64,000 nucleotides of DNA from Octopus vulgaris (taxonomy: Eukaryota): positions 34,720,001-34,784,000 of the forward strand of contig OX597834.1 in assembly GCA_951406725.2 (NCBI GenBank), in the 5' to 3' direction. A program made the translations under genes and the position numbers. Positions 59,801-64,000 of the stretch are shown here, one piece after another. Under the pieces are notes generated by a model, which saw only the letters and a list, made by a program, of their open reading frames with translations, did not search any database and was not told the DNA's origin. The first letter of the stretch is position 1. Each line of letters starts with the position of its first letter.

Positions 59801-61088
59801 ATGAGTAAAGTTAATCTGATATTAAATTCTGTTTAGTAAAAGATAAAGATATCATTGATAATTTAAGCTAATTTCTCATTCTGTTCTGACTTAAAGGTGG
59901 CCATGCCTTTCCATACTTGGGCCACTACCATAACTCTGTAGAATATTGACATTATCTTGGTTGCATGTTTAGTTTTAATCTTTTAATACCTGTACGTGTG
60001 TAGGGTAATATTTTTCTACAAAATGTTGGAATATATTTTAGCCAGAATTGAATTTGATCCATGGTTTATATATTAAAGAATTAAATGCTGGCTAAATCAT
60101 TCTGAAAATTAAGACAATAGGTGTGTCTTTAACAAAGCTTCATTCTTTAAGTATTTTGATTTTTCTACAACTGTCTTGTCTCTCTTTCAGATATTATTAA
60201 GCTGTATTTATTATAAGATTAAAGTATAACAACAAAATTTTTCTAAAATAGATATATGGAACTATCAAATTCTGTTGAAGGCAATTTCAGTGAGAATTGA
60301 TTTGAAGTCATAAATCAACTTTGGATGTTTTGTATCTTATACAGAATGTGTATTCAAAAATGAAATCCTTTTTTTCCTTAGACTATTAACCTTATCTTTT
60401 AGAGATGAAATATTTTTATCTAAACTACATTTCAATAATTTTGATCTCCAATCATCAAATATTTTATTTCTGGTTATATAATAGTAGACTGATTCCAAAT
60501 TAGGAAGCTTCATTTCTACACTAACAGCGATGACATTCTCACTTAGGAACTGATAACTCTTAGAAAATTAAGTTAATACAAAATTTTTTAGTTAATTTAT
60601 TTTGTAAATTAGTTTTATAGAGATGCAAATATAAGTCAGCAGATGTTCATCATACATTGGTTGTGTGGTGTCTAAACGATATCTATAGCACAGATTGGTT
60701 TTGATGTCTAAAAAGGGTAAAGATACCCTTCGGTCACAAATGACCAAGGGATTGCATCTAGAAAGTTCCCCTCTGAGGCACAAGTCTGGGCAAGGTTGTT
60801 TATGGAAGACCAACAGTCACCCATGCATGCCAGTCTCCCCTCTCCACGCCACCAATGTTATCCAAGGGAAAGGCAAAGGCCAATATAGCTTGGCACCAGT
60901 GATGTTGCAACTCATTTTCACAGCTGAGTGAACGTGAGCAACATGAGATAAAGTGTGTATGCAATGTCTATTTTAATTTGATTAAAGTTTTTCAGTGGTT
61001 GAATGGGGGTATATATATGTGTGTTCCAAGTGTTGGTTGATAATGTTTCTGGATTTGATTTTTGTTTTTTTATAATTTCATTTTCTAG

Positions 61089-61301
<213 letters not shown>

Positions 61302-61745
61302 TAGTATTTTTAATTATTATAAATAATTGACTAAAGATGTTGGTTTGTTTCTCTTTTTCTATTGCTTCTTCCTGATTGATCTATTGATCTGTGAACTTTA
61401 TCAGTAAAGCCAATCATCTGCAGTTTGGTCCCTTATGAGATGTTAAAGGTATCGTTATGGATGGACCCATTATATGACTAATTTTGTTACTATTTTTACT
61501 ATATTGCTGTTGTAGAAAGATCCAAAAGGCATCTCTGGTTATATGGGTATATAATCTTTTGTATATAATCCATGCACCTTGATGTTTAACCAAATATCCA
61601 TTATTGGTTGTGTGACATCTACACATCGTCTACACCATATGTTGGTTGTGTAAAGTCTAAACAATATCTACAACATAGATTGGTTTTGATGTCTATGCAG
61701 TGTCTATTTAAAATGGTTTGATCAGTTTTTAAATGATTGGATGTG

Positions 61746-61798
<53 letters not shown>

Positions 61799-61833
61799 GA
61801 ATCCCTTAACCGACATATTGTCTCTCTCTTCAG

Positions 61834-61929
61834 ATTCTCAAGTAATAAAATGGAAGCTTGCTCATCATGTTGCTACATTGCACCAAGCACCATTGCTGCC
61901 TCCATTGAACATTGCCACTCCAAATTACA
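61834..61929 (+). CDS. PHIP: PHIP/BRWD exon 6; gene continues beyond the window
   Basis: cttcag|AT..; DSQVIKWKLAHHVATLHQAPLLPPLNIATPNY; donor GTAAGT; phase consistent. Confidence 0.88.
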
Positions 61930-62123
61930 GTAAGTAACATTCATTTTACTAGTTTCACTCATTGGAGTGCAGCCTTGTTGTAGCACTGCCTTCAAAGATT
62001 TTTAGTGAATCTCCAACCTTCAGTCTGGTACATTTTTATTGATATCTATTTGTCAAACTACTAAGTTATGTGACATAAAGAGGTTAGGCATAAACATGGG
62101 TAATTTATATATTATATGGGTTC

Positions 62124-62167
<44 letters not shown>

Positions 62168-62342
62168 GTTCCTGTATACTTTATCAATTGATTCTTATAT
62201 AACCTAAATCATCATCGTCATTTAAACGTCTGTTTTTCATTCTGGCATGGGTTGGACAGCTGAACAGGAGCTAGTTACTATGGCCAAATGCTTTTCCTAA
62301 TGCCAACCACCTTAGGGTGTTTTCTATGTGGCACTATCATTG

Positions 62343-62725
62343 GCGTGGTTGTGTGGTAAGAAGCTTGCTTCCCAACCATGTGGTTCTGGGTTCAGTCCCA
62401 CTGTGTGGCACCTTGGGTAGTGGTTCAGTTCCACTGTGTGGCACCTTGGGTCTTCTACTATAGCCTCGGGCTAACCAAAGTTTTGTGAGTGGATTTGGTA
62501 TACAGAAACTGAAAGAAGCCTGTTGTAAATATGTGTGTGTGTGTGTGTATCTTTGTGTCCAATGTTGGTGTGTTTCTGTCCCTTTAACTTAGCAGTTCAG
62601 CAAAAGACACTGATAGAATAAGTACTAGGTTTACGAAAAATAAGTCCTGGGATTGACTTCAACTAAAACCATTTAAGGCGATGCTCCAGCATGGCTGCAG
62701 TCATTACTGAAACAAGTAAAAGAAT
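62343..62725 (+). mobile_element. tRNA-derived SINE family A with an internal ~30-bp duplication
   Basis: GGTTCAGT(C/T)CCACTGTGTGGCACCTTGGGT occurs twice (62389-62451). Confidence 0.85.
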
Positions 62726-64000
62726 ATAAAATTTAAGTAAAACAAATTTTATATAGGCCTGTGATGAGTCTTAGGACCCATGGAACCAAAGCTTAACCCG
62801 GTTTCCGTGGCATGTAAGGGACTGAGATTATAACATTCCCTCTTTGATCAGAATGCTGGTCCGTTGCAGGGTTAACTTCCCAGCTATTACTGGAACTTGT
62901 TTATTACTAAGTGGATTGGAGCAATGTGAAATAAAATACTTTGCTCAAGAACTCAACACTCTTCCCTGTTCAGGAATCAAAACCAGAATCTTATCATCAG
63001 GAGCACAATACCTTAATCACCTGGCTATTTACCTTCATTAAATTGTTTATAACTTATAAATGAAATGAGTGAAAACCAGCTGAGATCAATAAAGACTTGA
63101 CAGTTTGTAAATCAGTTTCAGATTGTGCTTTTCTACTCTCACCTGTTTGATATTGGGCTGATTACAGATGTATTTTTAAAAAAAATTTTGGTAGGAAAAA
63201 GGTAATTAACAAATCTATAATATATACATGCTATATAAAAGTTACAAATTATTGGTAGATAGATATCAGCAACATGAAGATGACTTTATATCAGATGTCA
63301 TTAACGGATGTCAAATGATGAGGATAATATTGAAAGCTTACCTTTACAGTTTCCATCCACCGTACGAGCATGGTCACTGCTAGTGCCGCCTGACTGGTTC
63401 CCGTGCTGGTGGCACATAAAAAGCACCCACTGCACTCTTGGAGTGATTGGCATTAGGAAAAGTATCCAGCTGTAGAAACTTGCCAGATCAGCTTGGATCC
63501 TGGTGCAGCCTCTGGGCTTGCCAGTGCTCAGTCAAACTGTCCAACCCATGCCAGCATGGAAAGTGGACGTTAAACGATGGTGATGATGATGTGACCACTT
63601 CATGTCTCTTCTTCTTTAAGGCCCTTCATTCCCTATGAAGCATAGTCCATCAACAACTTTTTCTCCCTGTTCTTAACTCTGGATGGTCATTTCTATGTCT
63701 CTCCAGTTGCTTTCTGCCCTATCAAATCTGCTTTGGTATCCTACCTCCTGCACATTCCTTGTGCATTCCAGGTCAAGGCCCAACATGTAATGCAGGATGT
63801 TGGGTTTCCTAACATGTGGCCTCTGTCCCCACTTGTGTTTCAATTACTCTGGTCAGTTTGACTGTAAATGGGTCATCCTGTGATGGACTGGTGTCCCATT
63901 CAGGGTGGATGCTGTGACCTCAGTTACTGATAAACCATAGAATCTGGGTAACCAGTCCTATAAGTCCCAGGACCCAAGATAGTAATTACTGTTATTGTTG

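Overview
AT-rich eukaryotic genomic DNA, dense in microsatellites, SINEs and LINE fragments. The repeat families point to an octopus/coleoid cephalopod genome (inference). I reconstructed spliced genes by hand. EDF1/MBF1 is on + (5 coding exons, 5615-18151, 143 aa). BBS10 is on + (one coding exon, 24895-26613, 572 aa). DHDDS is on - (7 coding exons, 38746-27442, 336 aa) and sits tail-to-tail with BBS10. The 5' part of a PHIP/BRWD-family gene is on + (6 exons, 55646-61929, continuing beyond the window). A probable N-terminal exon of an unidentified - strand gene lies at the left edge, divergent from EDF1. Most ORF-track entries are repeat artefacts. The top observation is an unannotated ~184-nt candidate Pol III RNA gene (33140-33323), antisense inside a DHDDS intron. 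It has an upstream octamer and TATA box, a T5 terminator and the Ro60-binding Y-RNA terminal stem signature (GGUCCG.../...UUGACC), making it a candidate molluscan Y RNA. Other points are Penelope-type hammerhead relics, hypervariable CRISPR-looking arrays in RTE 3' UTRs, a long foldback element, a young Merlin-like MITE and an unusual DHDDS motif substitution. Repeat boundaries are approximate.
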